Positions 45,524-54,237 are shown, counted from the stretch's first letter. The stretch: 57,345 bases of DNA from an uncultured Acidobacterium sp. (GCA_964355095.1 CAYHCX010000017.1:1-57345), one strand, 5' to 3'. Translations and numbers: made by a program. Notes: a model not told the origin generated them from the letters alone.

Positions 45524-47038
45524 GTGAGTCGTTCGCGCAGCGCCAACAACATCCTTTTCAACCTCGCCGGCCAGTCGATGCTGGTCGGCGTGAGTTTTCT
45601 TGCGTTGAAGTACGTGTTCGTGCGGCTCGGCGACGACGCGGTCGGCGTGATCTTTTTTTCGCTGACGATGAGCGCCGTGCTGAGCGCGCTGCTGGAAATG
45701 GGGATTAGCGCCGCGACCACGCGTGAGGTCTCCGGCCATCTGGAGCGCGAGCCGCTCTACGTCCATGACCTGCTGCGGACCACGTCGCTGTTCTTCTGGA
45801 GCGCCTACCTGGTGCTCATCACCATCGTCTGGCTGGTCGCGCCGCTGCTGGTGCAGCGCTGGATCGTGCTGACGTCGCTCGACCAGCCGACAGCGACGCT
45901 GACGCTTCGGATCCTCGGGATTGGCGCGCTGCTTGGCTTGCCGCGGTCGCTGTATGTCAGCCTGTTTCGCGGCCTGCAGCGCATGGACGTCAACAACGTG
46001 GTCGATCCGGCAACCGCAGTGGTTCAACAGGTCGGGATCATCGGCATTCTGGCCGCCGGCGGTGGGCTGGTCCACGTCGCCACCTGGTTGACGGCGACAT
46101 TCGCGGCCGGCGTCCTGGCATATATCTGCGTGGCGTCCCGCTTCGTGCCCGTTGCCGCGCTGGTGCCGGGCTATTCACGATCGGTCGTCAGCCGGAATCT
46201 GCAGTTCTCGACGAGCATGATGGCCATCTCCGTCTTGTCGATGATTCATACCCAGGCCGACAAGCTGGCGATCAGCAAGCTGCTGCCGCTCGGCACCCTC
46301 GGGTATTACAGCGTGTCTTACGGCCTCCTGACACGCGCGTCATTTGTGACCGGCGCGATCTCGCAGGCGGGCTTTCCCGTGTTCTCCGCCGAGTCGGCCA
46401 GCGGTGGCGGCGGACTGCTGGCGGCGTACCGGAAGTTCCAGGACCTGGTGTGTTTCACGGCGCTGCCGATCTTTGCGGCGGTCATTTTTGCGTCGTTGCC
46501 GCTGTTTACGTTCATCTTCAACGCCGACATCGCACACCTGTTGTTCCTGCCGACCGTGTTCCTGGCGATGGGCTTCTACATGAACAACGTGTTGACCATC
46601 CCGTACATGTTATCGCTCGCGGTTGGACGGCCGGATATTTCCGCGCGGTCGAATTTCCTGGCGTTGTTCGTAGTCCTGCCGGTGACGCTATGGCTGGTCT
46701 ACTACGACGGGCTGCGCGGGGCGGGATTGTCGTGGGTAGCGTACCATGTCTTTGCTTACGCCTATGCGTTGCGGCGCATCTGCGCGGAATGCCTGCACAT
46801 TTCCTATCTCAGCTGGTTCCGGCACCTGGGCCGAAGCGGCGGGTGGGGCGCCGCGGTCTACGGCGTCGCCTGGGGTTTGGTGGCGGCGGGAGGGGTGTAC
46901 TCGTGGCCGCGGCTGGTGACGGCGTATGTGCTCGGTTCCGTGGCTTTTGTGGCCGGATCGTGGTGGCTGGTCGAACCCGAGACCGTCCGCGCCGTGCGGG
47001 TCTCGAGCCGACGACTCTTGACGCGCTTGAACCTCTGA
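45524..47038 (+). CDS. wzx: Wzx-type flippase (MOP superfamily polysaccharide biosynthesis protein)
   Basis: 504 aa with about 12-14 helices. N-terminus NILFNLAGQSMLVGVSFLALKYVFVRLG. GTG start 2 nt after the upstream stop. Confidence 0.8.
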   Translation: MSRSRSANNILFNLAGQSMLVGVSFLALKYVFVRLGDDAVGVIFFSLTMSAVLSALLEMGISAATTREVSGHLEREPLYVHDLLRTTSLFFWSAYLVLITIVWLVAPLLVQRWIVLTSLDQPTATLTLRILGIGALLGLPRSLYVSLFRGLQRMDVNNVVDPATAVVQQVGIIGILAAGGGLVHVATWLTATFAAGVLAYICVASRFVPVAALVPGYSRSVVSRNLQFSTSMMAISVLSMIHTQADKLAISKLLPLGTLGYYSVSYGLLTRASFVTGAISQAGFPVFSAESASGGGGLLAAYRKFQDLVCFTALPIFAAVIFASLPLFTFIFNADIAHLLFLPTVFLAMGFYMNNVLTIPYMLSLAVGRPDISARSNFLALFVVLPVTLWLVYYDGLRGAGLSWVAYHVFAYAYALRRICAECLHISYLSWFRHLGRSGGWGAAVYGVAWGLVAAGGVYSWPRLVTAYVLGSVAFVAGSWWLVEPETVRAVRVSSRRLLTRLNL

Positions 47039-47047
47039 TGATATGCT
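47018..47047 (+). promoter_or_regulatory. Sigma70-like promoter candidate: TTGACG - 18 nt (with TGn) - TATGCT
   Basis: -35 at 47018-47023 inside the wzx 3' end, TG at 47039-47040 and -10 at 47042-47047. It precedes the AT-rich 89-bp gap before the 47128 gene. Confidence 0.4.
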
Positions 47048-47127
47048 AAAGTGTTAATATAATTGAAGTTGTCGCGGCCGCCGCGGCGAAATTCGCAAAA
47101 TCGTGTGGATCGGATTGGGTCGATTAG

Positions 47128-48363
47128 ATGAAAGTCTTCATCACCGAAGACGACATGTGCACAACCCAGAAATTGAATCTGGCTCGCGTCCAGCGCTGGC
47201 TCGAGGCCAACGATGCGTTGGTCGTCGAGACGCCGGCTGAGGCGGACAAGATTCTGTGCATGACGTGCAACGGTTGGTCCCTGCTCGAAGAGCGGTCGTA
47301 CGAACGCATCGCCCAGCTCGACGCCGAGTTCCACGAGAAGATGATTGTGATGGGCTGCGTGGTGGATTCCCACGCGGGCAAGGTCGCGGCGCGCTTTACC
47401 GGTCCGACGGTCCGGACCAAGAGTGACGGCCCGTTGTCGTTCGCAGGCCTCGAGCCGTTGTTCCCGGAGTTCAAGACGCGCCTCGAGCAAATCCCAGCGC
47501 AGTCGGTGTTCCGCCGCCGAGAAGACTATCGCGACTACAACCTGTCGAAGCGCTTCATCAACATTTCGGAAGGGTGCTCGTTCAGCTGTTCGTTCTGCAC
47601 CCACAAGCCCGGCCTCGGCCCGCGCCGTAGCCGCTCGATGGACGACATCCTCGCGCAAGTCGAGCAGTGCGTGAAAGAGGACGTGCGCGTCATCAACCTG
47701 ATGGGAATGGAGACCGCCCTTTACGGGATCGAAGTCGGCTCTTCGTACCCGAAGCTGCTGAAGGCGATCCTCGAGTTGAGCGACGCGTATGAGATCCATG
47801 TCGCGCAGTTCAATCCCGAAGGGGTCCATAAGTATTACGACGAACTGCTGCCGCTGCTGCAGAACACGCGGGTCTCGGATATTCAGGTGCCGTGTCAGTC
47901 GACGTCGACGCGGCTGCTCGCGATGATGAAGCGGAAGAATCATACCGAAGAGGTCGGCACCTTCATGACCCAGGTGCGGGCCGCGAATCGACGCGCCGTG
48001 CTCCGTACCGACCTGATTCTGGGATGGCCGACCGAGACGCCTGAAGAGCGGAAAGCGTCGCTCGACTTCGCCGGCACCTATTTCGATGAGATCGCCACGT
48101 ACACAATCGAGTTGAGCCCCGACCTGCCGGCGTGGAAGTATCAGGATCAGGCGTCGTCCCCTGAGGATCTCGCCAAGATTCTCAGGGAAAGCCGCCAGTA
48201 TCTGCGCGCGAACTTCAACGTGGTGGCGCATTCGGGCCAGCAGGACGACAGCTCGATGGCCGACGTCGAAGAGCAGCGGAAGCGGATGCGCGCGATCAAA
48301 TGGGCTGCCGCGCCGGTGGCCCTGGGCGGTTCCAACGATCACGTAGCTGCGGACCCACGCTAA
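47128..48363 (+). CDS. MiaB/RimO-like radical SAM enzyme (methylthiotransferase N-domain plus radical SAM core, no TRAM domain)
   Basis: Three N-domain cysteines at the expected spacing (DMCTTQ, LCMTCNGW, VMGCVV). CX3CX2C = CSFSCSFC at 47575-47598. The C-terminus is short and acidic or disordered rather than TRAM-like. Confidence 0.75.
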   Translation: MKVFITEDDMCTTQKLNLARVQRWLEANDALVVETPAEADKILCMTCNGWSLLEERSYERIAQLDAEFHEKMIVMGCVVDSHAGKVAARFTGPTVRTKSDGPLSFAGLEPLFPEFKTRLEQIPAQSVFRRREDYRDYNLSKRFINISEGCSFSCSFCTHKPGLGPRRSRSMDDILAQVEQCVKEDVRVINLMGMETALYGIEVGSSYPKLLKAILELSDAYEIHVAQFNPEGVHKYYDELLPLLQNTRVSDIQVPCQSTSTRLLAMMKRKNHTEEVGTFMTQVRAANRRAVLRTDLILGWPTETPEERKASLDFAGTYFDEIATYTIELSPDLPAWKYQDQASSPEDLAKILRESRQYLRANFNVVAHSGQQDDSSMADVEEQRKRMRAIKWAAAPVALGGSNDHVAADPR

Positions 48364-48451
48364 GCGAACCCCAACCGCTGCCGGTCGCGTCTGAGAAGTG
48401 CCGTGTGTACCGGCGCTTTCGCGACCGGAGCCCGAGGATGTCCAGACCTCC

Positions 48452-49426
48452 ATGTCCGAGTCACTTTCACAACTTGCCTGTCCGGAACACCACCACCTGC
48501 TCACACGAGTTGGTGATGAATTGCAGTGCCCGAAGGGTCATAGCTATCCCATCGTGCGTGGCATCCCGCGATTCGCGGGCAACGACCCCTCAGTGACGAC
48601 GTTCGGCGACCAGTGGAATTTTTTCAACTGGACGATGTTCAAGCGGCATTGGCTTGAGTACTACGTCAAGAACACCTTCGGCAACGAAGGCACCGATGTC
48701 TTCAAGGGCAAAGACATTCTGGACTGCGGCTCCGGCAGCGGCGCCATCAGCAAGTGGATGGTCGAGTACGGCGCCGAGCACCTCTGGGCCCTCGAGCTGA
48801 GTCATTCCGTCGACGGCAATATTCGCCAGAATCTGCGCGACTTGCCGAACGCCGAGATCGTGCAGTGCGACATTTCGAAACCGCCGTTTGCGCCGAATGC
48901 GGGAGGCGACCTGGTGGTCTGTCAGAACGTGATTCAGCACACCAAGTCGGTGAAGGAGACGGCCCAGGCGCTCTGGACCGTCGTGCGCCCCGGCGGCGAG
49001 TTCGTGTTGACCTGCTACATGGCCAACGACGAGCCAGGGATGCTGCGCTGGTTGCGATGGCAGTGGTTCCGCGCGTTGCGAGGGACCCTCAGCAGCATGC
49101 CGGGGAAAGTAGTCTGGGCGTATTCGTGGCTGATGTCGCACCTGGTGCCGATTCCGGTTCTCGGCCGCCTGTTGATCCTCAGTTACAGCGCGACGTGCGG
49201 TCCGGTATTTCCGGGACCCGACCGTTGGGCCCGAACGCGATACCAGACCTACGTGAATACGCACGACATGTTCGCGAAGCACTATCAACACTATCCAAGC
49301 CGGACGGAATTCCGGGCCCTCGTTGAGGGGCTGCAGCCGCCGCCGGCCCGCATCGATAACCTCGATTCCTTCTTCGGGTTTCCGACCGGGGAAGGTGTGG
49401 CCCTGCGGATCCATAAGGGCGTGTAA
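48452..49426 (+). CDS. Class I SAM-dependent methyltransferase with degenerate Trm112-like ribbon (paralog of 15932)
   Basis: CPEHHH...CPKGHSYPIVRGIPRF, ILDCGSGSGAIS, VVCQNVIQH. Start is ATG 48452 (alternative GTG 48398). Confidence 0.8.
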   Translation: MSESLSQLACPEHHHLLTRVGDELQCPKGHSYPIVRGIPRFAGNDPSVTTFGDQWNFFNWTMFKRHWLEYYVKNTFGNEGTDVFKGKDILDCGSGSGAISKWMVEYGAEHLWALELSHSVDGNIRQNLRDLPNAEIVQCDISKPPFAPNAGGDLVVCQNVIQHTKSVKETAQALWTVVRPGGEFVLTCYMANDEPGMLRWLRWQWFRALRGTLSSMPGKVVWAYSWLMSHLVPIPVLGRLLILSYSATCGPVFPGPDRWARTRYQTYVNTHDMFAKHYQHYPSRTEFRALVEGLQPPPARIDNLDSFFGFPTGEGVALRIHKGV

Positions 49427-49456
49427 CGCGAGGACAAAGGCGTCTAACGCGAGGAC
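49418..49456. repeat. 21-bp period direct duplication, GGCGTGTAACGCGAGGAC / GGCGTCTAACGCGAGGAC
   Basis: Read directly; 17/18 identical. The first copy contains the stop codon of the 48452 gene. Confidence 0.85.
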
Positions 49457-49510
49457 CGAGCGGTCCGGCGACACGGCCGGTCAGCCTGCCCGCCCCTTGC
49501 CCGTCATGCA

Positions 49511-50716
49511 ATGAGAGTGACTCTGGTTGTCGATCGGTACGCCCCGGAGGCTCGCTCCGCCGCGCATCTCTTTGAAGACCTCGCGCGTTCGCTGGCGGCG
49601 CGAGGGCACGACGTTCGGGTCCTCGCGAAGTATCCAGTCGAAAACCTGCCGGGTGCGTCGGGACCGCCGCCGCGGCGCGAAATTCGGGAGGGCGTGTCGG
49701 TGACACGATTGTCGAGCCCTCTAGGCGAGCCGCGCGCGACTTGGTTGCGCGGTGTCGATCATGCGCTGTTCGCCGTTCGCGTCTTCCTCCGACTGGCGTT
49801 TTTTCGCCGCCCGGACGTGGTCCTCGTGTACTCGCCCCCGTTGATGCTTGCCGGCGCCTGCGCGGCGTGCGATCTGCTGGGGCTGCCCGTCGTGATCAAC
49901 CTTCACGATTTGTATCCGCGGACCGCGATCGAGTTGGGCCGGTTGCGTTCACCGGCGCTGATCGCGCTGGCACGCCGGCTCGAGCGCTTCGTCTACAAAC
50001 ATGCACGGGCGTTAATCGTGCCCGCCCCTGAGAGCGCGACCTACCTGATCTCGTCTATGGGCCTACAGCCCGACAAAGTTTCTCTGGTTTACAACTGGGT
50101 CGAGACCGCCTCGCCGGATGCGACCGGCGGCGAGGCATTCCGGCGCTCGATTGGGCTGGATCCCGGAGCGTTTGTGGTGTCCTATGCGGGTCTGCTCGGC
50201 CTGGCTCAGGATCTGTCGGCGGTCATCGAGGCGGCCAGGCAGGCTCGAGATGACCGTCAGTTAGTCTTCCTGGTCATCGGCGAGGGGCCGCAACTCAACC
50301 GCTGGAAGGCGGAAGCGCAAGGTCTCGCAAATCTGCGCTTCCTTTCAACGCTGCCCAGGGACTGCTATTTTGATGCGCTGAAAGCTTCGGATATCTGCCT
50401 GCTGGCCCTCTCGGCGGACCTCAAATCACCCGCGATTCCCGGCAAGCTTCAGAGTATTATGGCGGCTGCCCGACCGGTATTAGCGATCGTGCCTTCCTCT
50501 TCGGCGGCGGCAATGGTCGTTGAGGAGTCGGCCTGCGGTGTCGTGAGCGCTCCAGGGGATGGAACCGCCCTCCTGGACGCGATGACGATAATGCGGCTCG
50601 ACCCCGACCTTCGCCGTCGCATGGGAGCTGCGGGACGCCGCTACGCCGGCGAGCATTTCGACTTGTCGCGGGCCGTCGATCATTTTGAGCGCGTCTTGAC
50701 GTCGACGAAGCATTGA
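49511..50716 (+). CDS. GT4-family glycosyltransferase (WcaI/WbuB-like)
   Basis: MRVTLVVDRYAPEARSAAHLFEDLARSLAARGHDV, and a C-terminal GKLQSIMAAARPVLA EX7E-like region. Confidence 0.85.
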   Translation: MRVTLVVDRYAPEARSAAHLFEDLARSLAARGHDVRVLAKYPVENLPGASGPPPRREIREGVSVTRLSSPLGEPRATWLRGVDHALFAVRVFLRLAFFRRPDVVLVYSPPLMLAGACAACDLLGLPVVINLHDLYPRTAIELGRLRSPALIALARRLERFVYKHARALIVPAPESATYLISSMGLQPDKVSLVYNWVETASPDATGGEAFRRSIGLDPGAFVVSYAGLLGLAQDLSAVIEAARQARDDRQLVFLVIGEGPQLNRWKAEAQGLANLRFLSTLPRDCYFDALKASDICLLALSADLKSPAIPGKLQSIMAAARPVLAIVPSSSAAAMVVEESACGVVSAPGDGTALLDAMTIMRLDPDLRRRMGAAGRRYAGEHFDLSRAVDHFERVLTSTKH

Positions 50717-50759
50717 GGGGCGCTGCCACGAGGCCGAGCTCAGCACTCAGGTAGATGCA

Positions 50760-52205
50760 ATGAGGCCACTGTCGCGCATCCGATTGATACAGAAAGTTGT
50801 GCCGCTGATTGGCGACGTCGCCATCTTCAGCGCCGCGATGCTGCTATCGATGTCGTGGCGCTCCGAGGTCAAGGAACCGAACGTCCTGTCGTTCCTGCCG
50901 ATCTTCGCAACCTGGATTGGCGTGTTGTACACCGCCGGTCTTTACGAACTCCGCATCGTCCGGGACTTCGTCCAACTGGTCGGCGGCCTGGTGTTGTCGG
51001 CAGTGGTCTGTTGGACGGTTGGCATCACCTACATCTACCTCCTGCCAAACTACCTGCCAATCGATTTCACACCGAAGACCATCCTGATCAGCACGGTGAT
51101 CATCGGCCACATCGGGATTCTCGCCTGGCGCCGCGCGGTGCTGACGATCTTCCGTTTCAACTTGCTCGACCTGCGAATTGTGATGCTTGCGGACGACGTG
51201 CATCACCGGTATCTGAGCGGCTCCTCCGAATGGTGCTTGCAGAAGCTCAACGTCGCCGATCATGTCAGCCGGGACGTCGATCTCCTCGTCGTCGACAGCG
51301 AATGGCAGCCCAAGGATTCACGGTTGGTCCGCGCGAGCCTGGCGCAGGCGATCAGTCTCGGCGTGCCCATTGCCAGCCTCGACGAATTCTACGAGTCGGT
51401 ATTCGGCAAAGTCTCGTCGAGCCACGCCAACGACCTCGGCTGGTTGATCAATCACGTGCTGTCCCGTCACGGGAGCTTGTATTTCCGCGCCAAGCGCGTC
51501 GTCGACGTGTTGATTGCGAGCGTGCTTCTGCTGGCGACCGCGCCCGTCATGGCGGTCACGGCTCTGTTGATCCTCGTGGTCGACCGCATCCCGCCGTTCT
51601 ACGCGCAAGAACGGGTTGGCTATCTTGGCGGCCGCTTCACTCTCCGCAAGTTCCAGACGATGAAACCTGGCGCTGATGCGCAGGGGCCCTTCGCCAAAGA
51701 GGCCGGCGCCGGCGATCCGCGCGCGACCACACTTGGCCGCTGGTTGCGTCGCTTCCGGCTCGATGAGCTGCCCCAGCTCTGGAACGTGTTGCGCGGCGAC
51801 ATGTCGCTGGTCGGCCCGAGGCCGGAATGGATTCGCGAGGTCGAAATCCTTGAACTCTCCGTGGCGAATTATCACGTGCGGCATCTGGTCCCGCCCGGTC
51901 TGACCGGCTGGGCCCAGGTGTATTTCCGCGCCACCAATGACGCGGCCGACTCCATCGAGAAGCAGCATTACGACCTCTACTACTTGAAACACTTCTCGCT
52001 GGCGCTCGACTTGTCGATCCTGCTGAAGACCCTGAGTCGAGTCCTAATTCGCGACTCGCGCGTGTCGACCCACCGTGATCCGTTTCCGTCCCGGCCTTTT
52101 CACGACGAGGTTCTCGATTCCGATGTTGCCCTAATCGTGGCGCGCAGCCGATCCGAAGTCGACGCGGCCATGTCCGGCGGCGCGACCATCTCGAAGATTC
52201 TGTAG
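50760..52205 (+). CDS. Polyprenyl-phosphate glycosyl-1-phosphate transferase (WbaP/EpsB-type bacterial sugar transferase), initiating enzyme
   Basis: N-terminal helices and a central linker. C-terminal catalytic domain KRVVDVLIASVLLLATAPVMAV...QERVG..G..F...KFQTM...DELPQLWNVLRGDMSLVGPRP. Confidence 0.9.
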   Translation: MRPLSRIRLIQKVVPLIGDVAIFSAAMLLSMSWRSEVKEPNVLSFLPIFATWIGVLYTAGLYELRIVRDFVQLVGGLVLSAVVCWTVGITYIYLLPNYLPIDFTPKTILISTVIIGHIGILAWRRAVLTIFRFNLLDLRIVMLADDVHHRYLSGSSEWCLQKLNVADHVSRDVDLLVVDSEWQPKDSRLVRASLAQAISLGVPIASLDEFYESVFGKVSSSHANDLGWLINHVLSRHGSLYFRAKRVVDVLIASVLLLATAPVMAVTALLILVVDRIPPFYAQERVGYLGGRFTLRKFQTMKPGADAQGPFAKEAGAGDPRATTLGRWLRRFRLDELPQLWNVLRGDMSLVGPRPEWIREVEILELSVANYHVRHLVPPGLTGWAQVYFRATNDAADSIEKQHYDLYYLKHFSLALDLSILLKTLSRVLIRDSRVSTHRDPFPSRPFHDEVLDSDVALIVARSRSEVDAAMSGGATISKIL

Positions 52206-52232
52206 TCTGCCGGGCACGTCCGACCGCTAGCG

Positions 52233-52985
52233 ATGATGTATTCAGTCAGCAAGATCCTGCCGCTCTTCGTACTCCCGCTGGGTGTCGCGATTGTGCTGGT
52301 AGTTCTCAGCGTGATATTCCGCAAACGCTGGATGGGGATTGCGGCGGCTGGTATCCTGTATGTCAGCAGCACGCCGCTCGTCAGCAACGCCGCGCTCAGC
52401 GCCATCGAGGGCGACGCGGTGCGGCTGGCCGCATCGGCAGTGCCAACCGCCGACGCGGTCGTGGTGCTCAGTACCGGCCGGTCGCTGGCGCCCGGGCCGG
52501 CCCGGGTGAGCGAGTGGTCGGATCCCGATCGATTCTTCGCCGGCCTCGATCTGTATCGCGCCGGCCGAGCGCCGCTGCTGGTCTTCACTGGCGGGTGGTC
52601 GCCGGTGTTTCCTGACGTTCCGCTCGAAGGTGACGTGCTGGCGGGTCTGGCGCAGGAGTTGGGCGTGCCGGCGTCGGCGATCATGACCACTGGCCGTGTC
52701 GCCAATACCGAACAAGAAGCCGGCGCGGTCGGCGCCGATCTCAAGAAGCGCGGTGTCGTGTCCCCGAAGATTATCCTCGTGACCTCGGCCTTTCACATGC
52801 CGAGAGCGACGGGCCTGTTCCGGCGCGCCGCTCTCGAGGTGTTCGAGTTTCCCGTCGATTTCCGCGCGCAATCACGCGGCGTGCACTTGCTCGATCTGGT
52901 TCCCGACGCCGGCGCGTTCAGCCGTACGCACGTGGCGATCCGCGAGTTGTACGGGCGCGCGTATTACGCGATGGTGGGTTCCTGA
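52233..52985 (+). CDS. DUF218 (YdcF/ElyC/SanA-like) membrane-anchored protein
   Basis: N-terminal helices, ADAVVVLSTG, LLVFTGG, NTEQEA, ILVTSAFHMPRA. Confidence 0.8.
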   Translation: MMYSVSKILPLFVLPLGVAIVLVVLSVIFRKRWMGIAAAGILYVSSTPLVSNAALSAIEGDAVRLAASAVPTADAVVVLSTGRSLAPGPARVSEWSDPDRFFAGLDLYRAGRAPLLVFTGGWSPVFPDVPLEGDVLAGLAQELGVPASAIMTTGRVANTEQEAGAVGADLKKRGVVSPKIILVTSAFHMPRATGLFRRAALEVFEFPVDFRAQSRGVHLLDLVPDAGAFSRTHVAIRELYGRAYYAMVGS

Positions 52986-53046
52986 TCCGAACATTGGTCT
53001 TCGAAACTTGCGCCGGTCGCCTGCCTGGTGGCCGCCGGCCGGCCGG

Positions 53047-54222
53047 ATGATCAAAGTGCTGGTTGCGACCGGCGCCTATGCGCCGGAATTCAGCGCCGGC
53101 GGCCTGCAGACGCAGGCCGTGGCCGCCACCCTGCGCGGCCGGGCTGATCTCCGTGTCCTGACCACTTCTACCGATGCGCAGCTCAGCGCTCGAAGCCGTG
53201 TCGAGGGCGTGGCCGTTTCGCGCATTTACCTCGATGTCGCCAGCCTGGCGTCGCGTGGGCGCGCAGCGATTGCCATGCTCGCCGAATTGATCAACCTGGT
53301 GCCGCGGATCGACGTGGTGCACGTGCAGGGATATTCGGGCAAGAACATTCTGATTGCCGCCATCGCCAAGTTCTGCCGGCGGCCTCTGTTTCTGCATCTG
53401 CAGACCGCCAGACACGACGAGGCGGCGACGGTGAAGGCAAAGGGCCGCCTGGCGTGGTGGGCGTTCCGTTCGGCCGATCGCTATCTCAGCGTCAGCCGGA
53501 ACCTTCGCGACGCCTACCTGAGTGCGGGGCTGGCGTCCGATCGGGTTCGCCTCGTACCCAACGGCGTCGATCCGGCGCGGTTTGCTCCGGCCGCCGCAGA
53601 GGTAACGGTGAGTCTCCGGCGCGCGCTCGCCTTGCCTGAGACGAGGCCTATCGTTCTGTTTGTCGGCGTCATGAGGCCGGACAAACAACCGGACGTGCTG
53701 CTCGACGCCTGGATATCCCTCTCCACGGAGCGGCGTGCCGGGTCGACGCTCGTGTTCGTGGGAGCGACCAATCCAACGCTGTTCGAGCTCGAAGGGCGGC
53801 TCGTCGACCGCATGCAGGCGGCGGTGGTGGCGGCTGCCGGCCTTGGCGGTTCGGTCTTCTTTCGCGAGCCGACACCGCAAGTCGAAGATTACTTTCGCGC
53901 CGCCGACGTCCTCGTGATGCCGTCGGCACGGGAGGGTCTGCCGATCGTGCTGCTCGAGGGGATGGCCTGCGCGCTTCCCTGTCTCGCGTCGCTCCTGCCA
54001 GGCTCGACCGACGATATCATCAAGGACGGTGTTACAGGACGACTGGTTCCACCGGGAGACGTCCGTGCGCTGGCCGCAGCCCTCGCTGATGTCGTCGGCG
54101 ATCTGCCGGCTGCGGCCCGCATGGGTGAAGCCGCCCGGAGAGCGATTCTCCAACGTTTCACCATCGCTCACGTGGCCGAAGAATGGCTCGCCACGTACCG
54201 CGAGCTGGCTACCGCCCGCTAA
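53047..54222 (+). CDS. GT4-family glycosyltransferase
   Basis: IKVLVATGAYAPEFSAGGLQ, VLVMPSAREGLPIVLLEGMACALPCLAS (EX7E). Paralog of 56094. Confidence 0.88.
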   Translation: MIKVLVATGAYAPEFSAGGLQTQAVAATLRGRADLRVLTTSTDAQLSARSRVEGVAVSRIYLDVASLASRGRAAIAMLAELINLVPRIDVVHVQGYSGKNILIAAIAKFCRRPLFLHLQTARHDEAATVKAKGRLAWWAFRSADRYLSVSRNLRDAYLSAGLASDRVRLVPNGVDPARFAPAAAEVTVSLRRALALPETRPIVLFVGVMRPDKQPDVLLDAWISLSTERRAGSTLVFVGATNPTLFELEGRLVDRMQAAVVAAAGLGGSVFFREPTPQVEDYFRAADVLVMPSAREGLPIVLLEGMACALPCLASLLPGSTDDIIKDGVTGRLVPPGDVRALAAALADVVGDLPAAARMGEAARRAILQRFTIAHVAEEWLATYRELATAR

Positions 54223-54237
54223 CTGAATCGCCTGTTG

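Noticed and set aside
47058-47063. The consensus TATAAT hexamer as the main promoter of the 47128 gene.
   Set aside because: The best upstream -35-like hexamer (TTGAAC, 47027-47032) is 25 nt away, and the hexamers at 17-18 nt are poor. The TTGACG-N18-TATGCT pair just upstream is the better-supported call. TATAAT is kept only as a possible secondary element.
46858-48504. Very long antisense ORFs: 548 aa here, and also 4996..6159, 7037..8305, 23328..24566, 24391..25542, 26387..27790, 31330..32907, 38960..40141, 40773..42182, 44593..45720 and 52918..54663, all on the minus strand.
   Set aside because: Each lies exactly opposite a plus-strand gene with clear family motifs. Their translations are Arg/Gly/Pro/Ala-rich and have no recognisable motifs. 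Long stop-free antisense frames are expected in GC-rich DNA.
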